From Mobula hypostoma (taxonomy: Eukaryota), in assembly GCF_963921235.1 (NCBI RefSeq), contig NC_086108.1:72294001-72358000 (forward strand): a stretch of 64,000 bases of DNA. Direction: 5' to 3'. Each line of letters opens with the position of its first letter. Positions within the stretch are counted from its first letter, which is position 1. Below the pieces are notes generated by a model. That model had not been told where the DNA came from, made no database searches, and worked only from the letters and a program-made list of their open reading frames with translations. Of the stretch, positions 1 to 12,194 are shown in pieces. Both the position numbers and the translations under genes were made by a program.

Positions 1-2498
1 TATCCCATATAACTAATTTAGACATACCCCCTATATCATTAAAAAGAAAAAATTATTTTATGTGGGTTTCAATGAAAGTGACAAAGTCAGAGTTTTGCAA
101 TAATGTCTGAGACTTGCGCCAAGGTGGGCGGGCAAGAATGACATCATCAAATTCAAAAGACAAACTCAGAGGCGCATGATCAGATAGAGCAATGGCGTCA
201 TATTCGCAAGTTCTAACACTAGGCAAGAAGCGGGGATCGATTATAATATAATCGATCCTCGAATATTTTTTATAAACATGTGAGAAGAAAGAATATTCTG
301 TATTATCGTGATAAAGATACCTCCACAAATCAATCGACCCAAAATCAATCAAAAAGGAATTTGGAAGTCGCTGATTAGTTGAGCTCTTATTAATCATAGG
401 ATTTAAACAACAATTAAAATCCCCACCCATTATGAGCATATATTCATTTAAGTCAGGCAGTAAAGCAAATACCTTTTTAAAAAAAGGATCATCTAAGTTA
501 GGACCATACAAATTAACCAAAACAACTTTTCTGTTACAGATTGTTCCTTTAACAATTAAAAATCTACCATTAGAATCTGATTCAATATCCTCTTGAATAA
601 ATATATTAGGTTTAATGAAAATAGACACGCCTTTTGTTTTACTCTGAGAAGTAGAGTGGAATTGCAATCCATTCCACCATCTAAAAAATCTATTTTGATC
701 TCCCGCCCTGATATGTTTCTCTTGAGCAAAAATTATATCAGGTTGGAATCAGTTAATAATTTTAAAAGTCTTCTTTCGTTTAATAGGATGATTCCAACCA
801 CGTACATTCCAACTTATTATATTAATCCATTTGAACAGCATACTATAATTTCATTCTACTTTATACATGCACAAAGCACATACCAATACAGGATGATCAA
901 AGATGGCGGAGATGAAGAATACAACCAAATAAAAAACACGCATGCTCCGGAACCATCCAATGAGAAAAAACTCCTAACTCTAAACCCACCCACCCACACC
1001 CGGAAACCCGCAAAATGCAAGCGATCTATGATAGAGTTTAAAGCTGCTGACTGCTCTGTCTGTGTTTTCTTTCCCTCCCCCCAGTTAGTAAAAAAGTAGA
1101 GTGACCTTGTGAAAAAGACAATAAAGTCTCAGCAAAAAACAGGTATTTACATTCCATCGACTGATAAACAAGAAAGAACCAAAATAATGTTATCTCTTAG
1201 AGAGGAATACAGTAACATGTTTAAGTTTAATATTAATTCCCTAAAAAAGCTTTAAATTCAATTATAAAATGTTAATAATAAAACAGAAAAATATATAAAA
1301 AGCCCTATTAGTAGGAAAAAACTACCAATTAGCTAACAAGTATTAAATTAAAGGAACAAATCGCCTTATCTTCTTCCCTCAGTCATAAAATGTCCAGAGA
1401 TCATCTGAGCAGAGATACTTAAACCATAAATCTTTCCAAAGGAAAACCAATAATATGCAATAAAGAATATTCTCTCAATGAAATATACAAGTGACCTTCA
1501 TAAATCTGCTTTCCAAAATGCAAATAATATACAAATAGCCAAACAGCCTTTCAGATGGATCATTCAACAGCGGTGTTGGTGACAGTGGCAGGCAAAGCCT
1601 GAACAAAATCCAGTGCAGTTTTTGGATCAAAAAATGTACGAGGAGGAGAATTAGCAGGGAAAATTTTAATTCTTGTCAGATACCTCAAAGACAGGAAAAG
1701 ATTCTTATCATATGCTTGTTTCATTACCAGGGCAAATTTTGATCTTTGTTCCATTATCTCTCTTGGATAATCTTCGTAGAAGCGGAGCTCAGATTCCATA
1801 AATCTAAAAACTCTCTGTTTTCTTGCCTGTCGTATTATTTGATCTTTAATTTTAAAGTGATGAAAGCAAACCAGAACAGATCTTGGTTGACAAGAGTCCT
1901 TCGATTTCGAGATAAACGCCCTGTGTGCCCTTTCTATAGCAGGCGGCTTTGATAGAATGGTAGGAAATAAAGTGTGGAAAAGCTTACCAAAGTAAGCCGT
2001 TAGATCTCCATCTTCAGCTCCTTCTTGCAGCCCAACAATTCTTATATTCCTTTGTCGAGACCTAGTTTCCAGGTTTATAATCTTATTTTGATATCTTTCC
2101 AAACCAGTTGTAGCTTCAGACAGCTTTTGCTTTGTTATCTTCAATTCCTCTTCGTGTGAAATAACTTGAGTTTCCAGGTCTTTAAGTTTTCCCAGAAATG
2201 ACTTCATTTAATTACCATTCTTTTCCAGTTGGTCTTTAATTGATCCATTCTGATCCTTAATTGAATTCAGTGTCCAAACGATATCTTCAGCCCACGATGG
2301 CATTTCATCAGATCTTTCCTTTTACAGCTTTCCTTTCCCATTACCTTTATCACTAGGTTCAGGTAAATTCTTCCCACTTCTTGTAGACATAGACATATTG
2401 ATCACCCTCAAGAATCAACAAGTAAAAATTTTAAATTCAAAGCTTAAACTAGGGGGAAAGAAAGAAAACTAAGAGCAGCAGAAAAATACTGCTACTCC
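1..2498 (-). mobile_element. L1-clade LINE, 5' portion (5'UTR, ORF1, spacer, ORF2 endonuclease), degenerate, runs off the window start
   Basis: ORF 1560-2207 resembles L1 ORF1p (LETRSRQRNIRIVGLQEG, IERAHR, RFYEDY); upstream ATG near 2390. ORF 53-667 has APE endonuclease motifs (NLYGPN, MGGDFN, YSRIDY, SDHAP). Confidence 0.9.
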
Positions 2499-2499
2499 C

Positions 2500-3335
2500 T
2501 TGGCAGACAGGGGTGGTCCTCCTGAGGTGGTTCATTTTGGTAGGTCAAATATGATGGCAGAATATAGAATTAATGGTAAGACTCTTGGCAGTGTGGAGGA
2601 TCAGAGGGATCTTTCTTTCTTTATCAATCTTTTTATTAGGATCAGCGGGATCTTGAGGTCTAAGTCCATAGGACACTCAAAGCTGTTGCGTAGGTTGACT
2701 CTGTGGTTAGGAAGGCATTCAGTACATTGACCTTCATCAACAGTGGGGTTGAGCTCAAGAGCCAGGAGATAATGTTGAGGACCCTGGTCAGACCCCACTT
2801 GGAGTATTGTGCTCAGTTCTGGTCACCTCACTACAGGAAGGATGTGGAAACTATAGAAAAAGATGCAGAGGAGATTTACAAGGATATTACCTGGATTGGG
2901 GAGCATGCCTTATGAGAATAGATTGAGTGAACTCAGCCTCTTCTCCTTGGAGTGGCGGAGGATGAGATGTGACCTGATAGAGGTGTATAAGATGATGAGA
3001 GGCATTGATCATGTGGATAGTCAGAGGCTTTTCCCCAGGGCTGAAATGGCTAGCATGAGAGGGCACTGTTTTAAGGTGCTTGGAAGTAGGTACAGAGGAG
3101 ATGTCAGGGGTATTTTTTTTACACAGAGAGTGGTGAATGCATGAAATCGGCCGCTGACGGTGGTGGAGGCTGATACAATAGGGTCTTTTAAGAGACTCCT
3201 AGATAGATACTTGGAGCTTAGAAAAATTGAGGACTGTGGGTAACCTTAGGTAATTTCTAAGTAAGTACATGTTCAGCACAGCATTGTGGGCCAAAGGGCC
3301 TGTATTATGCTGTAGGTTTTCTATGTTTCTATGTT
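2500..3335 (+). mobile_element. CR1 LINE 3' fragment
   Basis: LVRPHLEYCAQFWSP, QRRFTRILPGL, FFTQRVVNA; ends in (ttctatgt)n tail. Confidence 0.9.
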
Positions 3336-3344
3336 TTTTTTTAG

Positions 3345-4000
3345 GTATGGGAGTGTCAGTACATTTGGTGACTCTGACAGGAAATAATAAAGTAATGGTG
3401 ATGGGGAATGTAGTGCAGTGAGTTAGTGGCTGGGGCTGTTGATCACCCTTACTGCTAGGGGAAAGTAATTGTCTTCCATTCTGGTGGTCCTGGTGTGGGT
3501 CCTGAGTAGCCTCCTCCTGATAGGAGTGGGACAAATAGTCTATGTGCAGGGTGAGTGAGATCCTTCATGATGTTACTGGTCTTTTTGCCAGCACATTTCT
3601 GTGCATTCATGTCTTTGGTGGCAGTTTTGACTACCCATTGCAGAGCCTTCCTGTCCTCTGCAGTGCAGTTTCTGCATCTCGCAGTGATGCAGCATGCTAG
3701 GTTGCTCTCTACTGTGCGTCTGCAGAAGATCATGAGTATTGATGTGCATAGTCCAGCACTCTTCAGCCTCCTCAGAATGTAGTGAGCTTTCTTGTTTGTG
3801 TAGGATGTGTTCTGGGACCATGAAAAGTTGTGCAAGTTGTGCCCCCCCAGGAGTTTGAAACTGCTTGTAGTTTCTGCTACTGTGCACCGAGGGCTGTGAG
3901 TGCAATCAATAACCATCTCCCTTGACTTGTTGCCATTAAGGAAAGGGTTATTTGTCACCTCATCCACCTCATCTCTGAAGGCCAACTCATCATTGTTGGT
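3345..4000 (-). mobile_element. Rex1/Babar LINE 3' fragment
   Basis: SSFKLLG..WSQNT..KKAH..LRRLK, VESNL..CITA, HPAHRLFVPL motifs typical of the Rex1 ORF C-terminus. Confidence 0.8.
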
Positions 4001-4614
4001 GACTTGTTAGTATTGCACATTGGTCAAGTAACAAAAGTTACAGACATGTAAACAACTTTATCTGACAGTGTCTGAATGGTCATCTAATTATGCATACAAA
4101 CTTGATATATTGAAATCTATGTTAGCTTCCAGCCATTAGGTATAGTGTTATGTACTGTATTTTACGATTTGTTGGGATGTCTCATTGCATCGAGACCACC
4201 ACTAATTTTAAAGTATAAGCCATATAATCAGAGGAAAATCTATCTTTAGCACTAAATTGACATCTTTCTTCTCATTCATATATAACTGATATAACAGTTG
4301 TGTTCAAATTTTACAAGGATGCATAGTACCATGGCATTATACTGTTAGAGTGAGTTTTTTTTGGTAGATGTTTTGTTTACACTTAAATGACTTTGGCCAC
4401 CAGACTTCTATTTGACAAAGTACTGTGGATTGAGTTCACAACAATTCGCTTCCTAATAAGGTGTGAATAGCAGATGCTTCTAGCGCCATAGTTTGAGCAG
4501 ATGCTGTAGTTTCGAAGATGTTATTATCTATACTTTATAAATATTAATTGTCTTCTATGTTAGCATATAAAATGCCAAATAAATGTATTGTGGATTTAAC
4601 TTGCATTCCTAAAG

Positions 4615-4670
4615 ACTGTGGATACCAATCCAGACATGTTGGCATCGGAAGGAAAGGATGAAATCAGGAG
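4615..4670 (+). CDS. Candidate exon of unidentified + strand host gene (TVDTNPDMLASEGKDEIR+R)
   Basis: cattcctaaag|ACTGTG...ATCAGGAG|gtgtga; open frame ending in phase 2, joins exon 8853 as AG|A (Arg); weak splice sites. Confidence 0.5.
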
Positions 4671-4944
4671 GTGTGATGTTTGTATGTAGCTTCAATAGGA
4701 AGCATTGTCTATAACTTTGTAAGTAGTGATTGCCTTCATGTTTAGCATATAAATATTGAGCCCATTGGGCTAGCAGACCTTTCTACCGAAAGCGTCTCCA
4801 TCTGTATGATGTCTGCTGTACCTTGTTGTGTCGAATAAAGAAGCTGCTTTGTATCTACCAATGACTCTGTCTCTTCAGTGATTTCATCCACGCTACAACA
4901 CAAGTTGTTATAATAATAATCTCCAACACTTTGTAGCCATTTTT

Positions 4945-5455
4945 CTGTACAGCACAGAAGCAAGCATTTCACCCACAATGTCTACCAATTCAAACTAATC
5001 TCAACTTCTACTGTACATGCTCTAATTCTATGCCTATTCATGAGCCTTTCCAGATGTTAAATGTTGCTTTTGTAATCTGCACCATCATCCCTCTCTCTGG
5101 AAGTGCACTGCAGGTCCCTATGGCTTGAGGTGATAATAAAAAACTTGCCTTGTAAATCTCCTTCAAACTATTCCTGTCTCGTCTTTAATATATAGCCTCT
5201 AGAATTTGGCATTTCCTCCTCTGGAAAACGAATCTAGCTTTGATCCTATCTAATTTTATATACTTCGATCAGGTTGCCCATCAGCCTCTGAAGCACGAGA
5301 GAAAACAATCCAAGTTCGTCCAACCACTAATCCTGGAGAACCACATCTACCTCTCCAAAAACTTCACATTTTACTTGCAATGCAGTGAAATGAGCTGCAC
5401 ACATTGTTCCAGATGTGACCTCGCTAAACTTCTATGCAGCTGCAACATGACAAAG
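4945..5455 (-). mobile_element. Old CR1 3' fragment
   Basis: Degenerate similarity to the other minus-strand CR1 3' ends in the window (e.g. 47020-47600). Confidence 0.55.
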
Positions 5456-5679
5456 TAATCGACTAATTGTATTGTGCACAAGTCAGCTCCCTGCTGACTC
5501 CACACCTGTACATTGCGACAGAGAGCTGAGGAGCAGGTTGGAAACCAGGTGCCCGCACATCTGCTTTCTTTGCTGAGTTGCTGGCCTCAGCACTTATCAA
5601 CCTTTTCTGAATTATTCTCACTGCAATCTGCAGCATGTAATTTCCTTCTATGGAGTATACTTTTACATACAGATTTTAC

Positions 5680-8657
5680 GATCTTCTGAAGGATTTGGTG
5701 GATTTGCCTCTCAAGCAAGCAGGTACAGCACCTTTAAACGGACTAAAGTTCATCGCCATAGCCAGATGTGAAACAGAAAGGGGGGTCTCCAAGCCAGGCT
5801 GAAACAGAGGAATGAGATCCCCTCTGCCCAGCATCTTGCTGGCATGTGTGCAGTCGATGGAGAACAAAATTGAGGACCAGAATGCACGATTGATGTAACA
5901 GAGGGAAATGAGAGATTGTTGAGCTATGTTTGATTGAGACACGGCTTACTCCCAGTATGCCAGATATGGCGTTTGGACCCGAAGACTTCTCGATTCACAG
6001 GATGGACCAAACTACTGATTCGGAAAAGGCAAAAGGTGGAGGTGTATGTTTCATGATAAACTTCTCGGTGGTACCCTGATGTGGCGGTTTTGTCAAAATC
6101 ATTTTCCCCTGACATTGAGCACCTAATGATCAAATGTCATCCCTTCTACTTGCCTAAGGAATTCTCATCTGTGAACCAACCGCCAACTATAATCAAGCGC
6201 TTGAGATACTGAATGATGCAAACTCCAAACAAGAAACAATCCGTCCCGATGCATTTCAAATCATGGTCGAAGACTTCAACCAGGCTTGTTTGAAGAAGTC
6301 CCTGCCCAATTACCATCAGCAAATAACCTGTAGCACCAGAAGTCCCAACACTAGACCACTGTTATACTAAGATAAGGAATGCCTACCGTTCCATGCCCAG
6401 ACCACATTTCGGGAAATCTGATCACTTGGCTGTCCTCCTCCTACCTGCATACAGGCAGAGGTTAATGAGCAAAGCTCCAGAGATTAGGACAACAAAGAGC
6501 TGGTCACGGGAGGCAGAGGACCGGCTACAGGATAGCTTCGAGTCAGTGGAATGGGACGTGTTCAAGCACTCATCTGGGGATCTGAATGACTGTCGTGGAC
6601 TTTATTAAAATGGTTGTAGGCAAGTGTGTCTCCACAGAATCATTCAGAGTCTTCTCCAACCAGGAGCCCTGGATGAACCATGAGATCTGTAATCTGCTGA
6701 AGGCCAGATCAGAGGCATTCAAGTCTGGTGACCAAGAGAGTTACAAGAGGTTCAGGTACAATCTCTGGAAAGATATCTCAAAGGTGAATTAGTAATTCTG
6801 GACTAAACTTGAATCAATGAAAGAAGCTCAAAGTTTGTGACGGGGCTTGAATACTATCACCTCTTATCAAGTAAAATCAAGTGACATAGGTGACAACAAG
6901 GCTTCGTTTCCAGGTGAGCTCAATACCTTTTATGCTCACTTTGACCATAGAAACGTGGAGGAACCATCACAAACTGTCACAGCTCCAGATGATCCTGCGA
7001 TTTCGGTCTCTGAGATCTGCTTCCGTCGTGTGAGCACCTTTCAGGATGGTGAATCCAGAAAAGGCATCCGACCCAGACAGGATACCTGGCCAAGCACTAA
7101 AGACCTGTGCTGATCAACTGGCTGGAGTGTTCATTGAGATCTTTAATCTCCCACTTCGGCAGTCGGAGGTACCTACGGACTTCACTTCCACTGGTGCCTA
7201 AGAAGAACTTGATAACCTACCTCAATGATTATCGTCCAGCAGCATTTGCATCCACTGTGATGAAGTGTTTTTTGATGTTGGTGATGAAAAATATCAACTC
7301 CTGCCTGAGAAGCAACTTGGTTCCCTGCCAATTTGCCTACCATTGCAACAGTTCCGTCGCAGATGCCATCTCTTTGGCTCTTTGCTCAACCCTGGAACAT
7401 CTGGACAGCAAAGGCACATATATCAGGATGCTCTTTATTGACTACAGTTCAGCATTCAATACCATCATCTCCTCAAATCTAATCAATAAGCTTCAAGACC
7501 TTTCCCTCAATACCTCCTTCTGCAATTGGATCCTCCATTTCTTCACTTGCATGAGCCCAGTCAGTTCGGATTGGCAACATCTCCTCCACAATCTCCATCA
7601 GCTCAGATGCACGACAAGGCTGTGTGCTTAGCACCCTGCTCTACGCACTTTACATGTATGACTGTGTGGCTAGGCATAGCTACAATGCCGCATTCAAATT
7701 TGCTGACGATACCACTTCTGTAGGCTGAATCAAAGGTGGTGATGAATGGGAAATGGAAAATCTAGCTGAGTGGTGTCATAACAACAGCCTCTCACTCAAT
7801 ATTAGCAAGACAAAGTAGCTGATTATTGACATCAGGAGGAGGAAATCAGACATCCATGAGCTAGTCCTCGTTGGAAGATGAGGTGGAGAAGGTCAGCAAC
7901 TTTAAATTCCTCAGTATTATAAGTTCGGAGGACCTGTCCGAATGCAAGTGGAATTGTGAAGAAAGCACAGCACCACCTCTACATCTTTAGGAGTTTGCAA
8001 AGATTTGGCATGAAATTAAAAACTTTGACAAACTTCTATAGAAGCATGGTGGAGAGTATATTGACTGGTTACATCACAGCCTGATATGGAAACACCAATC
8101 CCCTTGAACAAAAAATCCTACAAAAAGTAGTAGAACTGGCCTAGTCCTCCAAGCCTACCCACCACTGAGCACATCTACGCAAAGCTTTGTCGCAGGAAAG
8201 CAGCATCCATCATCTGGGACCCCACTACTCAGAACATGTTCTCTTCTCGCTGCTGCCATCAGGGAGAAGGTACAGGAGCTTTGGGACTCACAACACCAGG
8301 TTCAGGAACAGTCATTATCCCTCATCCATCAGGCTCCTAAACCAAAGGGGATAACTTCACTCAACTTCACTTTGTCATTGAACTGTTCCCACAATCAATA
8401 GACTCACTTTAAAGGACTCTTCATCTCATGTTCTTGATAATTATTGCCTATTTATGTATTATTATTATTATGTCTTTATTTTTGTATTTGTATTGTGGTT
8501 GAATGCCCAAGTTGATGCAGCCTTTCATTGATTCTATTATGGTTATTTTTCTATTATGGATTTATTGAGTATGTGCACAAGAAAATAAATCTCATGGTTG
8601 TATATGGTGACATATATGTACGTTCAAAATAAATTTACTTTGAACTTTGAACTTTGA
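5680..8657 (+). mobile_element. Rex1/Babar LINE, near full length, degenerate
   Basis: EN motifs (PHFGKSDHLAVLL), RT motifs ([31 protein letters not shown]); 3' tail aataaa-tttac(tttgaac)n. Confidence 0.9.
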
Positions 8658-8852
8658 ATCCAGGTGTGAAGCACAAGCTATTGCGCCTATCCACTCAATT
8701 TTATGGAAGACTTGAGTTTACTTACTCTTGTTGTTTTAGCATTTCCTGTTTGAAAAGTACAAATGGTTGATTAGTCAAAATTAAAGGAATTTAATTTTAA
8801 TTGAAAGATTTTCTAATATTTTTTTAAACTGTTAAAATGTCTTTGATTACAG

Positions 8853-9011
8853 AGCCATTAAGGAGAAAAAGCCATTAGGATGGTCTGGGTCAGAGACTCC
8901 CCAACAGAATCTGCAGCCTGAGGACAATGTGCTGATCATTGACTGCACCACCTTGCCAGACAACCACAGCAGCATACCCTTGAGCTTTATTCAACCCATG
9001 GAGTTTCAAAA
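8853..9011 (+). CDS. Internal exon of unidentified + strand host gene (AIKEKKPLGWSGSETPQQNLQPEDNVLIIDCTTLPDNHSSIPLSFIQPMEFQ)
   Basis: ctttgattacag|A...CAAAA|gtaagt; 159 nt, symmetric phase 2-2, open frame, unique sequence in AT-rich flanks. Confidence 0.75.
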
Positions 9012-9049
9012 GTAAGTACAGCCCCAGTAATAGAAAAATCAATTGTTAA

Positions 9050-9340
9050 TTCCCCTCCATAGATGTTGCCTGACTTGCAAAGTTCCTCCAACATTTTGTG
9101 TGTGTTGATGAAAATTTCCAGCATCTGCAGAATCTCTTGTGATTATGAACATTGGCAATTTGTTGAGCAAGACACAATCCAGCCTAGTGCAATCATAACT
9201 GATAGTTTACAAACACTGCAGATGCTGAAAATCTAAAATAGAAACAGATAAAAGATGGAAATTCTCAGCAAGTCAGACAACACCTTTGAAGGCAGAACGA
9301 GTTAACTTTTCAGTGACCTTTCATCAGCTAATGAAGGACT
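9050..9340. repeat. Two degenerate PLE-terminal-repeat-derived short elements (+ then -)
   Basis: Share the agatgctgcc..agttcctccagcattttgtgtgtgttg..tccagcatctgcag motif with the Penelope 3' end at 29010-29093. Confidence 0.65.
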
Positions 9341-10416
9341 TTCCCTAAAGCAGAAAAATTTGCTCTTTTCACGTATGGTAGGTTCTCCGTTAGGGAGCCT
9401 GGGCCCACAATCCTAATTTATGTGATCCATTCCATTTTCTATTTTCTAGAACGTTCCACTTCTGTGGTTTTTCCAAGAAACTAGTATGACCCTACTGTGC
9501 AGTACCAGTTTAATATGTTACTAAGAATAGATCAATTACTTAAGGCACAGATATTTTGTTCGGCAGCTTGCCTGGGTAGATAGATAATCATTGCTCATAT
9601 GACCTCCCTCCTGAAAGATCTTCGCTTCCAATTTTCTTTGATGAAGATTAATAATTATAGTTTGAAGAATGAATGCTTATGCTACCTTTCTCCCCTTGTA
9701 TTACGTACTGGGCTTTCAAATGACCTGCTATTTAAAAGGTACAAATGGTTGACTTATGATAATGAGAGGAATTCTGTTGCATTCATGCCATTTCATTCTG
9801 TGAAAAGTGATTAAAAATGATGATGCTTGATTCTGCAGTCTGTTGGTTGAGAACTGCACAGTCAGCTGTTGTGGGCCTTTGTGATAGATTCCATCACAGC
9901 TTTCAGCTTCAGCCAATATTTAAAAGCAAGGCTGTAAATAATGCTGGTCATAATGTATTTGGAGTGACAGGAAGGCCAATTTAAGCTGACATCAGTGATT
10001 TTCTGCAGGAGTCACTTTCAATTCTATTTTGGTTAGTAGGCTTTGCAGTTTGGAAATACTAGTGTGAACCTTCTACTGCTGTTTCATCTTATCACTCCCC
10101 ACTCTTGTAGCTGTAGAGTTTAGCAGTTTGGGCAAGAGTTCAGATAATGACATTATTTCAGGCTGTAACATTTTACATTCACCATTTTTGTTTGAAATTT
10201 CCACGTAGTAACCTGTTTTTGGTTGCTTCAGGGCTCTGAAGTGCAGATCAAGATCCATGATTTTGCTTACATCACTGTTGAGGTTGTGGAGCAGGCTGTA
10301 ATGGTTGAATGTTAACTGCTGAGAATAGATGGATTTTGTAGCTTGTGGGCTGTTAAATTAGGGAAATAGTCAGCAAGTTGGGAATTTGACGCAAACCAAC
10401 ATGCTCCTGAATTTTA

Positions 10417-10598
10417 GAAACAAGAGAAAGTCTGCAGATGCTGGAAATCAAAGTAAATCATGCAAAATGCTGGAGGAACTCAGAAGGCCAGGCAGCATCT
10501 ATGGAAAACTCAGTGTCTCAGCCCAAAACATCGAATGTTTACTCTTTTCTATTGATGCTGCCTGGCCGGCTAAGTTCCTCCAGCATTTTGTGAGTATT
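10417..10598. repeat. Inverted pair of PLE-terminal-repeat-derived short elements (hairpin)
   Basis: 10463-10508 and 10545-10590 are imperfect reverse complements flanking a partial hammerhead remnant (gtctcagcccaaaacatcga). Confidence 0.75.
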
Positions 10599-11459
10599 CC
10601 TGTATTTTACCCTAGGATTGTTAGCTAGTGATTGGGAAACCCCTGCAGGAGAGGAGAGCTTGTAGATTAAATGCTAATGGTTCTTTAGCAACAATGTTGA
10701 CTGTAGTTTTGGGATTTAACCCAGAGAGCTCTGTCTTCCTGAGCTCTTTGAAGCTTGTCTGTGAAACCCTGGGATAGAACCGAGTGCTTTGGACAGACGC
10801 TGAGGAGCGGAAAATACAGTTTCCCAATAAACACTGAGCTCCAGAACTGCTCTCCAGGGTAAGGCTTTCTTCACAAGAACTATTGGTTAACTTTCAACAA
10901 ACTCAGGAGGAAGTTTTCAGAGACATTGCTATAATTTCATTGTTCAGCAACTACTCTTTGAAGCTGTTTACTTGTTTACTGTGATCACTGGATCATCACA
11001 AGATAGTAAAATTCATAATGCAGTGGAGGAGCACAAGGATGAATCTTCACATATGAATGGTAGTGGAATCCTGCTGGTGTCTCCAGCATGCCATGGAGAG
11101 TGAGAACTGTGGTCACTTTGACAGTCATTAGCAGAGCAAATCTGGGAAGTCCAGCAGAACAATAAGTTAATGGCTTCGGTCATCAACATCGTCTTGATCA
11201 GCCGAACCAAACCTCTTTTCCAAGGATTAGAAAAGAATTAATTTATTATCAAAGTACCTAAATGATGCCACATACTACCTTGAGATTCATTTTTTGCAAG
11301 CATTTACATGAAATAGAGAAATAAAACAGAATTTATGAAAAACTACATATAAAGACTAACAACCAAGGTGCAAAACTGTGCTTCAACTTGTGGGACAATG
11401 CATATTCATACTAGACTGTGAGTTTGTGTGTACAAACGCAACAGACCAGGCAGCCCTCT

Positions 11460-11577
11460 ACCTGAAACATCAACTCTTTATTTTCTTTCTAAAGATGCTG
11501 CCTGACTCGTTGAGCTCCAGTAGCATTTTGTATGTGTGACTCTGGATTTCCAGCATCTGCAGAATCTCCTGTGTTTG
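11460..11577 (+). repeat. 5'-truncated PLE-terminal-repeat-derived element
   Basis: cctgaaacatcaact...gatgctgcctgac...tccagcatctgcagaatctcctgtgttt. Confidence 0.7.
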
Positions 11578-12194
11578 TGAGTTTTGGATCTATTTTCTGA
11601 TTAAAGTTAGAGTTTATTGTGTGAAATCCCTAGGCAAGAACCTTGTGGTGCAGAGCAGGCTGTCTATCATTGCATCTCTTCAGAACCATACCCCTCCAGT
11701 TTAAAGCAAAACCTCCCATCCTCTCCACAGTGAAGAGTACAGCTGTGCTGTCTACATACACGCAATCTTTATGTGGTTCCTTTCTACTGCTCCAGCAGAA
11801 GTCAATCTATCCGGCTGAATTTATGAACCATTCTCCCTCAGCTTATTTTTTAATTTAGTTTCTTCCACTTTTCTCCTCTTTTTAATCTGCTTTCTTAATA
11901 GCTTTGATATCTAGCTGGGGTTTAGTACTTGAGTCTTGTCTATTCAATTAGTTATGATGACATATTAGGAATTACAGAAAAAATACTGGGACCAATACAA
12001 GTTATCAAAAAGAGCTTTGACCAGGGCCAGTCTGGACAATGGAAGTTTATAAAGGAGGGACTTCAATCGGGTACACTGCTTGAGGATATAAAGGCAGCAG
12101 CAAGTCATGGCAGCGAAAGAGAGCTTTGACACTCCTGTGTTTGGGATTGATTAGAAAGAGCAAATTAAAGGAAGATTCAGGAGCCAGTGCAGAG

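Noticed and set aside
593..1099. 168-aa + strand ORF
   Set aside because: Antisense to the L1 ORF2 start and spacer; low complexity, no recognisable domain
4745..4900. Possible LTR 3' fragment (AATAAA, ends in aca)
   Set aside because: No partner LTR, TSD or clear 5' end visible
9350..11400. Largely unique intronic sequence with short ORFs; possible exons or enhancers
   Set aside because: No convincing phase-compatible exon found; conservation cannot be judged without alignments
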